Below are positions 11,932 through 26,080 of a DNA stretch of 64,000 nucleotides, in pieces. The notes beneath the pieces are model-generated. The model made no database searches, was not told the origin of the DNA, and saw only the letters and a program-made list of their open reading frames with translations. Source of the DNA: Bigelowiella natans CCMP2755 (lineage: Eukaryota > Protista > Cercozoa). Both the position numbers and the translations under genes were made by a program. Location of the stretch: positions 62,001 to 126,000 of the forward strand of contig ADNK01000510.1 of assembly GCA_000320545.1 (NCBI GenBank), written 5' to 3'. The stretch's first letter is position 1. Every line of letters starts with the position of its first letter.

Positions 11932-14900
11932 GTGTTTGGCTGAAACCATCATCATTATCATTATCATCATTATCATCATTGACGGTTTCAGCATATATAA
12001 TTACACTGCTCCAGCTCAAATCACAGATGTTCATTTCACCAACCTACGACGACACGCTGTACTGCAACCATGATCTATTCACCAACTCACCACCACCACC
12101 ATTATCATTATCATTCTTTCTCTTCTTCTTCCTCTTCTTCAATTTTCTCATACCGATGTCCTCGAAAACAGAAGTCCAAACTACAGCCTCACACATGCCC
12201 TATCCATCGTTCATAATCGTCAATCAAGCACCCACTCAATGAAGGCAGCAAGCGTGATGAACTCAAATCCGCAACCAAATAAGGAACATCAAGGACAAAA
12301 AAGGAAGGACGAAGAAAGAGGGGGACAAAATCAAGGAAAAAATCGTAATAAGAATAACAATGCTGTAGGGTTGTCAGAGTCACCTCAAAATCAGGGGTTT
12401 CATGCAATTCTGCACCGCAATTTTGGCACTCGTTCCACACCTATTTTAATGACGAAAATGATGGTGATGGTGATGATGGTGATGGTGATGATATTAAACG
12501 AGGAGGAGCAATGGACAAGCAAGCAACATGATCAGTTATCTTAAGCTTCCAACTACTACTACTACTACTTCTACTACTACTACTTGTACTACTTATCCTC
12601 CCCCTTCCTACGAATAAACGAATGCTGACCTCCATATACATCCCGCAGGTGTAGCAGTACTGCTTAGGAGTGGTTGGGACTTTGTCGGCCTCCAAGAAGG
12701 GATGTGGGTTGAAACGGATGATATCCTCGAGTGCGTGCTGCTTTGTGGCCTACAAACGACGAGAATCACGACAACGATGACAATAGCGATGTGTTGTATT
12801 AGTAGAACAATTAAGACTAGGTGGAGGACGTTGATTCTCCGCCAAAAATGCTTAAATTTGGTTCCCAATACAGCAGCAGCAGCAGCAAGAGCACATGCGA
12901 AGACGATGACTATCATACACGAAAACGGAGAGGAGGGGTACTAGCACACAACTAGATAATGTTGTTGTTGTTGTAGTTGTTGTAGTAGTAGTAGTAGCAG
13001 TAGTTGCACCTTACGAATCAACTTAGTGATAAAACTCTTGGTTTCAATCGGCAGCATTTTGTGCAGTTCCTGCTTGGCGTGCAAGCACTCGACATAACCC
13101 ATCACGTATTCAATCTGCGAGTCGCTGGTAATGGAAACGACTTTGTCCTGATGATGAAGGAGGATGACCATGATGATGACGATGATGATATCACAAGTAG
13201 ATGGAAGATAGATTCATTCAAAGCAACCACCACAACACAGCAAACAGAACAAAGTGCAGAAGCACGAAAATTACAATATCATACGACGACGATGACCACG
13301 ATTAGCAGAAGGAGGAGGAGGAGGAGGAGGAGGAGGAGGAGGAGTACCCATCGATCGATCATTCCCAAAACGGCCTTCTCCGCCTCCTTTCGAACAATCC
13401 CTTTTGTCAAGCATATAGCGTTGCGGTAGAGGAAGATAATGTCTCCAGAGTGGAAAGAGAACTTCTCTGTTTTTAGCTTGGCGACGATGTTGTCGGTGTA
13501 TTGCAGGGCGCGCACCACGGCATCACGCCGTAATGATCGCAACGCCTTCCACCTGATTGGTAAGGCAAAAGTTAGCGAGCGACTGGAATTATGGAGGTGT
13601 ACTGGCTAATAATTGCTCTGGGTAATATGATGATGACAGCATATGCTGCTACCACCGAATAATGCCAACAACAAATATTAAAGCGGGTGGATGTAAGTAT
13701 TATGATGGCTTCTTCTTATTATTATTATTATTTTATTATTATTATTACCCTCCCTGAGGCCCTTTCCTTGCATATGTCGGTAAAGTCCTCCTATGATGTT
13801 CGCACACACTACCAACACCACCACTGCCTGCTCGAGGGGAATGTCCTTTTCTATCATCATCATTATCTTCATCGCTAGTCTCCATTCTTGCATTCGATCC
13901 ATGTTCCCCCTCCCCCTCCTCCTCCTCCTTCATCACATCGCTCGTGCATTTACCGCAAACAGAGCACATGCCTCTTGTGAGGGAGCAGTGATTCGAGGCG
14001 AGGACTGCTGTCTTAGTACCAGCACCTGTTGTTTTGGATTCCCTTCTCCCCCCCCCTCCCCTTCTCCTCCTCTCTTCGTCACACCGGTAGTGGTAGGGCT
14101 CAGGCATCATTCGCTGAAAGAGCTTAGTGCTGTATGTCCCGCTGGTGCAGAGTACCACCATTTGTTTGTACAGGTTCCTCACAAGTCTTTCAATCGTCCT
14201 TTGGCCACCGTCATCACCACCGAGCGTCTTGTAGAGCTGCTGATAGAAGCCTTGAAGCTTTGCTACGCACCATTTGAAGTCACCACTAGCGCTGCCTCGA
14301 TGATGAAGACACGTTGCTGTTCTCTTTGATGATGATGATGATGACGATGACGATGACGATGCAGGACTAGAAGGGCGCTTCTTGTGTTTTGCCTCCTCTA
14401 TACCGCTGCTGCTTCTGCTAGCATTCTCCTCCTCCTTCTCTTCTTCTTCTTCTTCTTCTTCTTCTTCTTCACCACAGTTGTTAACCCCTTTCATCCCTCT
14501 CATCTTCTTTTCCTTTTCCAGCTGCTGCTGCTGCTTCTGCTTCTTCTTGATCTTGTTGTTGTTGTGCTTTTTCTTCTTGTGTTTACCACCAGCAGCAGCA
14601 CTTGTGCTGTCTCCGAGCGCACAGTTACCACATGAGCTCGGGAACATGGGTGCGAATGCAGCGACGACGCTATGGAATTTAGAAGAAAGGCTTGCATCTC
14701 CCTCAAGAATAGCATCTAGGTTTTGCACGACAAGCTGATGCAAGCGCACCAACGACGATTGGTCAGCCCCTCTCAGCCTCTTGCCGTATGCGAGAATGAA
14801 CTCGGCTTTGCTTCGCTTCTGCGACCTGCAAGCGTTGATATTCTTCTTCTTGTTCTGTTTTTTCGTAGATGACGAGGAGAAGAGGTTGGGAGGGGAACAG

Positions 14901-15011
14901 GGGCACATCATGAGATGGGAGAACACCGCCTTTGTATTCTCAAACACGTCTGGGCAGTAAGGGCAAGAAATCGACCCCTCCTCGCACCGCTTGAAAGTCT
15001 GATGAGAGATT

Positions 15012-15048
<37 letters not shown>

Positions 15049-15127
15049 GAACGATGATCAATCATGATGATAGATATCAGGATGATGAGAGGAGAAGAAA
15101 GCAAATCCACTGATAGACTATCAGATA

Positions 15128-15184
<57 letters not shown>

Positions 15185-17857
15185 ATAATGATTCTAACTG
15201 CTGGTTCTGAAGAAAAATCTTCGAATCATTCATTTATTCTTTGATATTTTTTCCTACAAATACAAACAACAACTACAACAACAACAACAACAACAACAAC
15301 TACTACTACTACCAAGTAGGATTTTTTCTTCCTATACACTCCTGTCCCCCACTTGAGCTCGAGATCGTCAGCGTCGTTGTAATAGACATAGGCATTGTAT
15401 TGCTTCCCGCCTCCTCCTCGGTAGAGCTTTTCAAGACCCAGATACACCCCATCGGGGTCCTCGAGGAACCGCATCTTAGCCGTCTCATGGCTTAAAATGC
15501 CTAGAAAACGCGGAGACTTCTTGTCCCACCCACTGTAGCGACAGACGCCCCATCCTACGAACCTCATTCCCTCCACTGGTGTTTCAACATCCGAGGGGGA
15601 GGTGGAGGAGGAAGAGGAAGACGTGTCGCGTTTCCTCTCCTTTTTCATTATCTCTGTCTTCTTTTTCTTTTTCTCCTCCTCCTCCTCATCCTCATCCCCA
15701 TCACCATCATTCCTCTCCTCCTCCTCCTCCTCCCCCTCCTCCTTCTTCTTCTTCGTCGTCTTCTTCTTCTTCTTCTTCTTTTTTCCCTTTTTCTTTTGGA
15801 GGAGCTTGCGCTGTTTTGCTGCCTCCTTCTCTTCTTCTTCTCTCTTCTTCTTTTCCTTCTTTTGCTGTATACGGATGCGAAGGCTCTCACAGGCGTTACA
15901 CTCGTATTCACTTCCTAGTTTATCCATGGTAAGGTCGAGGCATTCCAAATGAAACCATTTCTTGCATTTGTCGCACATTACGCATTGCTCACCCTCCTCA
16001 TAGGCAGCACCACAGCACTGGAGATTGTCAAACCAGTAGATATGGCCAGAGGAGTACCCGTCGTCCTCAACCTCCTCATTGTTGTTGTTGTTATTGCTCT
16101 TTTTATAGAAGATTTGTTTCTTTGACTGTGCGAATATCTGCGCCTCGGTGTTACTCTTATCCTTCTTGGCATTCCAGAGTAAGGCGCATGCTAGACAGGT
16201 TCCCTTAGGAGCTGCACGCACGGAGTACGCGCCGATGGTGGGGTGGCGTTGATGGCCACGGGTACACTGGCTTCCACGGTAGAAGGTATTTCCCTCCTTG
16301 CTAGCCTCTTCCTTGTTGACTATGATGTGCTTGTCAATCATAATCAAGGCACGTAGAGCGGCCTTTCGGATTTGATTATGCTTTGCCACACCTCCTCCAC
16401 CTCCTTCCTTCCGTCGCATCTTCCCAGTGCGCATGATCTTGCGAAACTGCTGTCGAAGCATAGCCTCCGACTTGCTCAGGAGTCGGTCCTGGCTCTTGCA
16501 AAACTCATTCTCTTTACTGAAATCCCGAGGAAGAGGAGAGAGAATGGGAGAAGATGCGTGAACCACCACACTATCTTTCTCTAAGGAGGAGGAGGGAAAA
16601 GGGTGGTGAGCAATGTCGTCGTCATTGGTAGATTGTTGTTGTTGGTCCTCATGCTCTCCTTCCATCAAGCTTCTGCGCTCTCCATCCGCGTCACCTCCAA
16701 CAAGCTCCTCCACGAACACCTCTTCGACTGCATTCGCCATATGCGAGTCATTATAGCTTAATGCAATTTCTTGCTCCTTCCTCTCCTTCCTCAGCTCGAT
16801 AGCGGGGGAGCCATTCTTCGTAGAACGGTTCTCGTCGTCCTTCAAGCAGCCAGGTAATAGAGAATATATATCTTCTACGATTGGTTTACCTGCTTTCTTA
16901 CTGTCTCTACCAATAAAATCCTTTAGGCTCGGCAATAGTTTATCAAAGCGAGCTCTCTGACAACCAACATGAACTTCCCTGCTCTGCTCGATATTAGGAG
17001 TTACTATATGCTGTTCATTGTAGATATTTTGCTGCTCAACCACCTGTCGCTGCGCTACTGTCGTCTGGAACTCCTGTTGTTGCTGCAATTCCAGGTGTTG
17101 GTACTCCCTTGAGCCATCGTGCCCCAAAGATAAGCATTTTCGCTGCGACTGGTGAGCTCCTGGCTGAATAACCACGCCACCTTGTGGGGAATGAACAACT
17201 ATGTGTTGCCTCTGTTCCTGCTGGTGCTGCTTCTTGTGGGTGTTTGCATCCGTTCCAAAGCTGTTGCTGACGCCAGAATGGACCCCAACAGTGTCATTGA
17301 AATCTTCTTTAGGACTATGTAGCTTCTGTGCGCGAACTATGCGGTAATTGTGGAAGAGTTGTTGCTGCAGTTGCTGTTGCACATCCGCCGTGAATTTAGC
17401 GCGCTTCGGAGCGTATTGTTCTAAAAATAATAATCGATGAGTTACTCTGTGACAAAAATTCGATTATTATATTTGTGTTCAGTAAACACAGCATAGTTTA
17501 TCCAGGGGAAACACTTGTTAACATTGGGATGTGGGCAACAAATGTAGATGCTCAATGAACGTGCAAGCTTGATGTTTGGTATGTGTTTTTTGTCTACGGG
17601 ATTAATTGGATAGTATTTTCGAAAAATCTCGTGTAATTCGATAAAATCTACTTCATTGTCAAGAGAGACAATGATACAAGCAGTGAATCGAAACAGCAGC
17701 GTCGTGCCGTACAGGTCCTATCACCCGACTGATACGAGCTCGAGCGCAAACATTCGCTCTCAGTACCTTTCTGAGATGAAGAAACTCGCTTTTTGCTCGA
17801 CCAGTACTTTGACAGAGACGAATTACTCGCTCCTGTGAACCCTTGACCTTGACTCAT
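10533..17857 (-). CDS. Large multi-exon protein: PHD finger, C2H2-like Zn finger, Zn ribbon and a helical C-terminal domain
   Basis: PHD: CCG..CVMCDKCKKWFHLECL..YECNAC (~15890-16020). C2H2-like: CPYCPDVF..SHLMMC (~14900-14965). CYTCG/CQNCG ribbon. C-terminal exons LRPYKG..QCYFITHLAY..WG, KDPELVGEFVQAL and FYKRYHSAYCGIIGL. Exon 1 (from 17857) joins at ~17420 in phase 1. Confidence 0.7.
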
Positions 17858-18576
17858 GCAGATGTGTTAAATAATAGAGGCGAGAGAGGCCAGGGGGGGC
17901 AGGCGAAGTGGTGCGCCAATTCGATTCGCAAGAGAGCAGAAAGAAAACTGTCCCGTAATCTACGAACGAATGTACTTTCAGACTACAGATGTGGATACAA
18001 GTGATTATTATATTGAAGAATGTAGATTGTATTATGCATACGACATCATATAAAACGCATTTTAACAATAATACGAATACATTCTGGGTTGGTTTAATCG
18101 ATTTAACTGAGAAATGTATCTTAACTCCACGAAATAATTTCTGCAAAAATTCAAGCAATTAGGATAAAGATTCCCGAGTTTCCCGGTAGTAACCCTTGGC
18201 GAGGATAGTTCGAATAAGTGAAGTCCAAGAGATAGCTCGCCGGGGGAGCCCGCCAAAACTTTTTTGTCAGACCTTCATCAAGATTTATTCACCTTTCCTG
18301 GATTCAATGTGAGGTATTTTTCTCCGATAAATGTCGATAATTGGCCTTTCCACTTGCAAATTGTATGAACATCGAGATATTCTTCCCAATCATGGCACTT
18401 TGAAATCTGAACGACAGATTTTGATTTGCTGTCCGTTGAGGGATTATTTCTTCGCATCAATTTGATAGGTTTGACTATTTGTACATGTTTGGATTTTTCA
18501 TTGCGACAATGTGCAGTGCTTATAACTTAAAGAATGTAGGCTAATATTATTTTTAGATGTTTTCTCGCTTCAACGA

Positions 18577-21500
18577 ATGACGCAGCATAGATTTGGCAGG
18601 CCACTTCATGCAAAATTCAGATCAAACTTGGGAAGGATGGCTACGAGTGGGCGACGGAGATGGATTGTCCGCCAGCCTAAACAAGATAAGCCGCCAGATC
18701 CTCAAAAGGAAACCGCGTCTAAGCCGTCTAACGATAAAAAGTCCAGAACTAACACAAGTCAATCCGCAAGGAGCCATCGGCCAAAACAAACTTCAAGATA
18801 CAGAAAGAAAGGTTGCAACATTTAGCGCGTTGTTTCTGAATTTAAAACACAACTTTTCTTATCGAAATTATCTAGGAGAAGATAACGAGCCCCAAGTTCA
18901 AAATGAAAAAAATAAGAGTCAAAAGAAGCGTGAGAAGAGCAGTCGGCAAGGAAAATCTAGAAACGATAACAGTTCGGATGGCGCTAGGAAAGGACAGAAA
19001 AAGTATGCGGTGTCTCTATTCTTCTCATTGTGTGCGCTCCATTTTAATATGTTTGATACGAAGCTGCCTCCAAAAATGATTTATATCATTATACAAATAT
19101 AGTATGGAACGCACAAACACAACACATGTGCGCCTTACACATTTTTTTCCAACTCTTACATGTGTGCACTTATGATCTAAACAAGGAATCCTGAGGGCAC
19201 ATCAGTGAAGAATCCTGACGATAAAGAAAGACGACGGGACGAACGTAGACGGAAAAGAGCAGAACGGGAGAGACGTAGGGTAGAGGAGGAAAAAAAGCGA
19301 AAGGAGGATGAGGCACGGCAGAAAGAGGAGGAGGAGAAAAAACGAATAGGAGAAGAAGCCCGTAAGAAGAGGGAAGAAGAGGAGCGAAAGATGCGGGAGG
19401 AGGAAGAGCGAAAGAAGAAGGAAGAGGAAGATAGAATAAGGGCTATTGAACGTGAGGAAGCTGCGAAAGCAGAGCTTTCAAAATTGCGAGACAAGTTAGC
19501 TTTGGAAGGGAAAACTCGTGACGCGAACTTGAAGGTTATAGGAGGACGTGACGCCCTTCCAATATCTTTGAACACGAAGATGGCCAAGACAACTGGATTT
19601 ATCAAGAAGCTTCGATCCTTGCCGGACTTTACAAGCTCGCAACTTATTGCCGAGTTCATGAAGCTCAACCTAACGAAGTATGTTCATGTGAATTTATAAA
19701 TACGACAATGACGATGACGACGACTTCTGCATATCACGGCCAATTAACTAGAAAATGAATTATTTACGTGTGCGGATAGTAATCTACAGTGCTAGTTCCA
19801 CATGGGCCGTGAGTTGATGGTCGTGATGGTTCCATAGGTACGTGCAAGAGATGGCGTCTGCGGTCGCGGATGTGAAGATTGCACGTGGCTCCGACGTAAA
19901 CAAGTGTATTGAAATGTGCTCGCAGATTCATCGTCGCTACGACGGTTTTGCGAAAGGACTCTACTCGCTCTTGTTAAGAGTTTTCGAAATCTCTTGGAAA
20001 CCGGTGTGTTGTTTTCGAGAAATTAACAGAGAGTCGTGACATAAAGAAGAAGAAAATATATGTAGAAAAGAGGCATTGGAGAATCTGAGGCACTATTTCT
20101 TTGCAGCCAGCTCTCCTTCGAGGAATTGTTCTTCCTTTAGTCTTAGTACTGGCTAAATATTCTCCTTCTCCCTCCTCCTCCTCCTCCTCCTCCTCCTCCT
20201 CCTCCTCTTCGCCCTGCTTATCAACACCGTCACTACTACCACCACTGCTACTACTACTACTACTACTACTACTACCATCAGGGTGATCGAAAGATACATA
20301 AATACGAGGAGGAAGAGTTGGAAGAGATTCTGGATGAGGACGCCACAGATTTAAATGCCAAGGACCTTGCAAGTAACTTTGAAAAGAAAAAGAGAGAGAA
20401 AAGTGCAGACACATGTTGATGACGTTGGGTTTAATATTGTTGCCAACGATGAATATTGATATGATATATCGTAGTGAAGAAGAGAGGGTCTTTGAGGTTG
20501 ATCGCCGAGTTGTACAAGCTGGGAATCTTCAATGAAGCAATGCCAATTGTGTACATCATTACCACGCTCCCGATTCTGCAGCAAGACGGAGAGAAGAAGA
20601 ATAAAACAAATGAGAAAAATCAACAGCAGCACAACTCCGCCACTAATCTAAACATCGCCCTTTTGAACTCATTCCTCAAGTGTGCTGGAATTGCCTTTAC
20701 GGGGTTACAGCCTTTCTCGATTCAGAAGGCCATCAAGGATGCCAGGCTGGAGGAATCGCAGAAGAAAGAGTTTCTCCCGTCATTTCCCGATATTGTCTCA
20801 AAATCTGATCAGAAGAAATGCCAGAAAGCAGTTCTCAGGGCCCATGACAGTGTGATAGGCAAATTACTCTTTTATCACAAAAATATATCGCGCAAACGAA
20901 AGCGGATGAAGCGAATGGAACTGATGCAAGGTGAGGCATCCGCAAAGATCCAGGAGGAGATGAAAGAGCTGCAAGAGGCCTTCGACGCGCTCCTCAAGCC
21001 TGCAGCCACTCTGTAAGTTGGAACGATATTGTTGTCGTCGTTGATGTCTTTCATCTTGTTTCTAGCATCTCTGGGCTTGTAAGCATACTGCTGCTAGATG
21101 ACGCTCTTGTATTGTTGTTGATGTTGTTGTACGGCCGTTGTCTGGTAGATCTGATCTTGTTGGAAGACCCATGGTGGAAATCGAAGAGGAGGATGAGGAT
21201 GAGGAGGAAGAGGAGCTAATGGAGGTGCTGAAGCTTGACGGTGCCTTCGAGGTGAACTGGGAGTCGCAGCTATTCGAAGATCCGGAGACACGCAGTTTCT
21301 ACGAAAACATAGAAAACCTGATGGTGATCATCCCGAAGAAGTTGCTTGAGGGTGGAGGCAAGAAGAAAGACGAATCCAAAGAGAAAGTCAATGACCAGGG
21401 GAACGACGAGAACGAAGGAGGAGAAGGGAAGGCCGCCGGGGAATCTTCAAAGGAGCAGGGGGATGAGAATGAAAAAAATGGTGGAGAGGAGGAGGAGGAG

Positions 21501-22678
21501 GAGGAGGAGGAGGAGGAGGAAGAGGATATTGATCCTGCAACTTTGATGGAGAGCCTACCTGATGAGCTCAAGGATCTCACACAAATAACTCAAGATGAGG
21601 ACAGCGAGATGCCTACAGGAGCTGAAACGTCCTCATCCCTTGAGGGGGGAGAAGAAGGTTTGATGAAGAACAGGCCCTTCGACATGCTCCTTGCGTCGAT
21701 CTCCAACGCGAGAACCACAAAGGCTATTGACGACGCGACGGTCCGCTTCTGCGAATACAACAACAAGGGGGCTCGTAACAAGCTCGTAAGGACGCTGCTA
21801 GGCGTTAATTGGAGGCACACGGAGCTCCTACCTTACCATGCGAGGATGATTGCAACTCTAAACGAAGTATTTCCAGACATAGGCCAGCAGGTCACCGCAG
21901 CTCTATTTAACCAGCTTTACGGGCTCCTCAAGGGCAAAGGCCAATTCAATCTCGGCATCAAGATGCGCAACATCATGTACTATCGTTTGTGGTGCTTATC
22001 ACCGGCTCTCGCTGCCTCTTTCTCTCTTTGCCAGTCAAATGAATGGAGAGAAATATCAAGGCCAACGAAAAATATTAGAAGTTATTAGAAAGGGGAAATG
22101 AATGTCGATAAAGGAGACTCAGACTCATTGTTCACCAACTTTTTTGTGCAATACGTTTTTATCATGATCATCACCATCATCATCATCATCATCGTTGTCG
22201 TTGACGTCTTTCGTTTGTTGCAGATACATCGCTGAGTTGGTAAAATTTCGGGTGACCAAGCCGCGAGTCGCCTTCTCTCTGCTAGACTTGTGCTTGAAGA
22301 ACTTTGCCAACCACAGTATTGTGGTAGCCTGCACATTGCTAGAGAAATGCGGGCGCTGGTTGTACGTCAATCAGAAGAGCCGAATACGCTGCAAGAAGAT
22401 GTTAGACCGGATGATGCTGCTCAGGTCCAAGAGGTTTCTCGACCAAGAGAAGCGCGACCTTATAGAGAACGCGTAAGGAGAAATAGCAGTAGTAGAAGAA
22501 GAAGAAGAAGAGGAGGAGGAGGAGGAGGAGGAGACCTTAAGGCGATCTTTATGCATCTTCAACTTGTATGTTGTAGTGTGTCGTTAGTTTAACATTTCCA
22601 CGTGTGTGTGTGTGCGGGGGGGAGTCGTGTTTAATCATTTCGGGGATATTATGATATTAGTCACACACAACCACACAA

Positions 22679-22721
<43 letters not shown>

Positions 22722-22886
22722 TTATGTAATAATGTATATAATATGCCCAAGATCTTCGTTTCCCCATCCCTATTACCTATTTCACGACTGTCCCTTTCTT
22801 TCGTCTTACTTATGTGTAGATATTATCATCATGTGGTTGTTCATCGACATCATCGACACATTAACAACTACAACATCATCATCGTC

Positions 22887-22924
<38 letters not shown>

Positions 22925-24150
22925 AGGTACAACGCGAGCATGCCCTCACAAAGAGCCGCAATGATCCCAGAAAAAGAACGTCCCACGCTACAGAAATACA
23001 TTCTGTTCTTAGTCCGACAGGAGCTAGCAAACTGCCACTCAGAGAGCGAAGCGAGGGTGCTCCTCAAGCGACTCAGAAAGCTTCCGTGGGACGAGCAATG
23101 CCGTGTCTGGGTGATGACGAGAACGATTGCTAGATATGATCACATTAAACGACGTTCGAAATCGTGGCTTAGTTCACCAACAAAAGGAAAACACCGATGA
23201 TGATTTTTAATCTGGATCACGATGTTACTATCGCCAGATCATCATAAAATCATCGGTGTTCTCAAAAACACCACCAACAACAACAACAACAATCGTTTAG
23301 ATTCTCGTTGAAGCATCATCATTAAGTATGCTAGAGGCTGCTTGTTGCCGCTTTTGTCACTACATTTTACGGTGTTTATAGAGTAACAGAAGATGTATCC
23401 TTACCCCTTACTTTTCCTGTCCCCTCTCTCACTTTGCTCTTCCTCCTAATTCGATACTGATCCTGCTTTGTTTGCAGGTGGTGAAAGCAATTTGCAATGT
23501 GGGTCGCGTAAAATTCGACAAGCTAGCATATCTTGCGTTCCTCGTGGCAGGGTTGTCCAAGTACTACGACATAGGCGTCACGGTGGTTGATGCCGTCCTG
23601 GAGGAGCTTCGATACGGGCTAGAGCATCGCGACTTCACGCTTCATCAAACCATGCTTTCGATCTGCCGCTTCATCGGAGAACTGTACAGCTATCACATGC
23701 TGGAACTGCAGCCTATTCTTGACACATTCTACGCCATCATCACCGTCGGACACTATCGGGATGAGAATGGACACCTGGTCAGCAAGGTTGACCCCCCCAA
23801 TGACACCTACCGCGTTCGTCTAGTGTGTATGCTGCTGGATACCTGTGGGATCTACTTCGAGGATCGCCATGAGCGAAGGCGTCTCAACCGCTTCCTCGTC
23901 TACTTCCAACGATACATTCTTCTCAAACGGTAGGAATAAGCAACTAGAACAGACAGTTGCAGCTGCTATTTCTCAGGATGACCGAACGATGGATGATGCT
24001 TCCATTGCTTGAGACAATATGAAACAAATAGTTTCGAATCAATGATCGATATTCAACAATGATTCCGATGACTCGAGCTGTGTTGCTACCAACAACAATG
24101 TTTCGATATTTTTTTATCGTTGAGGATATATTTCTCGTTATATACATATA

Positions 24151-24196
<46 letters not shown>

Positions 24197-25657
24197 ATGT
24201 GAGGGAAGTGTACACCCGGTGACAGTGTGTGCGAAGAGCAGGCGCGGTCCTGTGATTCGTAGCACAACGCTGCCTCTGTTCGTTGCACAGCTATCTATCT
24301 CTCTGCAGTTCTTGATCGATCAATTCAAATTTTTTATTGGTGATACTACGCAGCTCTCTACCCGTGGATGTGGAGTTCCTCGTTCAAGATATGTTCGATC
24401 GCATATGTCCCAAGACGAAGCGCTTAAGCAGCTTGGAAGAGGCGGAGCGTAAGATAAAGCAACTCGAAGCATCATCAAGTCGCGCAGCAGCAAGAGACAA
24501 GCTGACGAAACTGGATGAAATCACGGAGGATATTGAGGAGGATGACGAGGAGGGAGGGGGCGATGAAGCGAAAGCAAATGCGGAAGAAGATAGAATACCC
24601 GAGGAAAAAGTAGAAGGAGGCGAAGGCAAGGAATTAGCAGCAGGACAACAAACAGAAGGAGACAGCAGCAGCAAAAACGGGGAAGAAGACTCATCATCCA
24701 ACAAAGGGGAGTATTACCGCAGAGAGCGCCCGAAGGAGGACCAAGATTTCCTGGCCGAGATGGACAAAATGATGCTAGGTGATATCGAAGCACGCAGGTA
24801 GTGCCATTAGGTAGATATAGAGAGAGAGGATGGCGGAAGCGTTGCTGTTTGTTGGTTGGATGGATGTAGTCGATGTAGTTGGTAGGAACACTCACAGCGT
24901 TGGCCGTAGACAGCAGTAGAGAGTGGTGGTAGAACATAAAGATAAGAATCGTGCCTAAATCCTCTCATTATTATGATTCAGAAACGAGGCTCGGTCCACA
25001 GAAATGCCCGATCCGACTGCGCTGCTTCTTCGTCTGAAGCAAAACAATAGTAATACTACCAATACAAGTACCCGAGGAGGCAGTAGCGTCGCGGCCCTTC
25101 TGCAGCGAAAGAACAACCCTTTCGCTAGGAAAGGGGGGTCTCCTTCCTCCTCCTCCTCCTCCTCCTCCTCCTCCTCCTCCTCGTCTAGGCAGCACATGGT
25201 CTTCAAGCTGTTGACTAAAAGCGGCGGATCGAAATCTGCCTCAACTGCGCGCGATCTCTTCGTCCCGGTCGCCTCGCAGATGGCCAAGAAGAATCTTTTG
25301 AACCAAGAAAAGATGAGGGAAGAAAAGGCGGCTGTGAAGCGAGGTGTGATAGCAGGGTTGAGACGTGAGGAGGAGGAAGAGCGTCGCCAACGCGCCTTCA
25401 AAGAAAGCATGGGAGAGTGGGGCCAGCACGCGAGACATGGTATTGCTAGCCAGGACGAATCCGAGGATTATACTCAAAATTATATTGATGATCCATTATC
25501 ACAGCAGCAGCAGCAGCATCAACAGAGGTACAGAGGAGGCGGTCGCCGAGGGAGGAGAGGAAGAGGTAGAAGAGGAGGAAGACGATTACGTGGTCGAGGA
25601 AGGGGACGAAATAGTGGCGGTAGAAGGGGTGGATCCAACGGAACTAATGGGAGATAA
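18577..25657 (+). CDS. UPF2: Regulator of nonsense transcripts 2 (three MIF4G domains plus acidic C-terminus), multi-exon
   Basis: LNTKMAKTTGFIKKLR..KLNLTKYVQE..SDVNKCIEMCSQIHRRY; FEDPETRSFYE; FCEYNNKGARNKL; RYIAELVKF; ACTLLEKCGRWL; FIGELYSY; DPPNDTYRVRLVCMLLDTCG..FLVYFQRY. All are characteristic UPF2 segments. Confidence 0.95.
24153..24192. repeat. Intact (TA)n microsatellite in a UPF2 intron (representative; others near 30085, 44673, 58730, 59050, plus many (CT)n, (CA)n, (GAT)n, (GAG)n, (CTA)n tracts)
   Basis: Directly visible simple repeats. Confidence 0.95.
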
Positions 25658-26080
25658 TGTTCGTTGTGCGTACGCACAAGTACAACTTCGGAATTAGTTT
25701 CTGTAGCACAGCATAGTCGCGCACATCGCAAGACATTGTTCATGGGGTAATTTTTAACCTAGTGCTGCTAAATGGCCTTGTTCCGAGTATATTAAATCGA
25801 TCATTTGCACTGCACGCATAGCTATCTAGCTATGTTATGTGGCGCTCAAGTTTAGCTTCATTTGTATGACGGCTGTGGTGTTACCCAACACTCATTTCAT
25901 AACGTTAGCTAAATCCGCCATGCTAGCATGTGCTAGTGTGATTATTTCGGTACGGTTGGATCATGTGGAGCGTAGCCGAGCTCTGCTTGCTTGAGCATCA
26001 ATGACTATGGTAGCATGATCGATGATTGATCATCACATTGTTGCACGTGCATGCTAGCATGCTAGCATGATGATAGCTAG

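Noticed and set aside
10533-17857. PHD protein or JmjC protein as the mutator enzyme
   Set aside because: No deaminase (HxE..PCxxC) or methyltransferase motif was seen, and proximity carries no weight in a eukaryotic genome.
10349-25743. Many low-complexity ORFs (poly-S, poly-R, poly-H, poly-I, ERER, CVCV)
   Set aside because: These are translations of microsatellites or antisense shadows of real exons.
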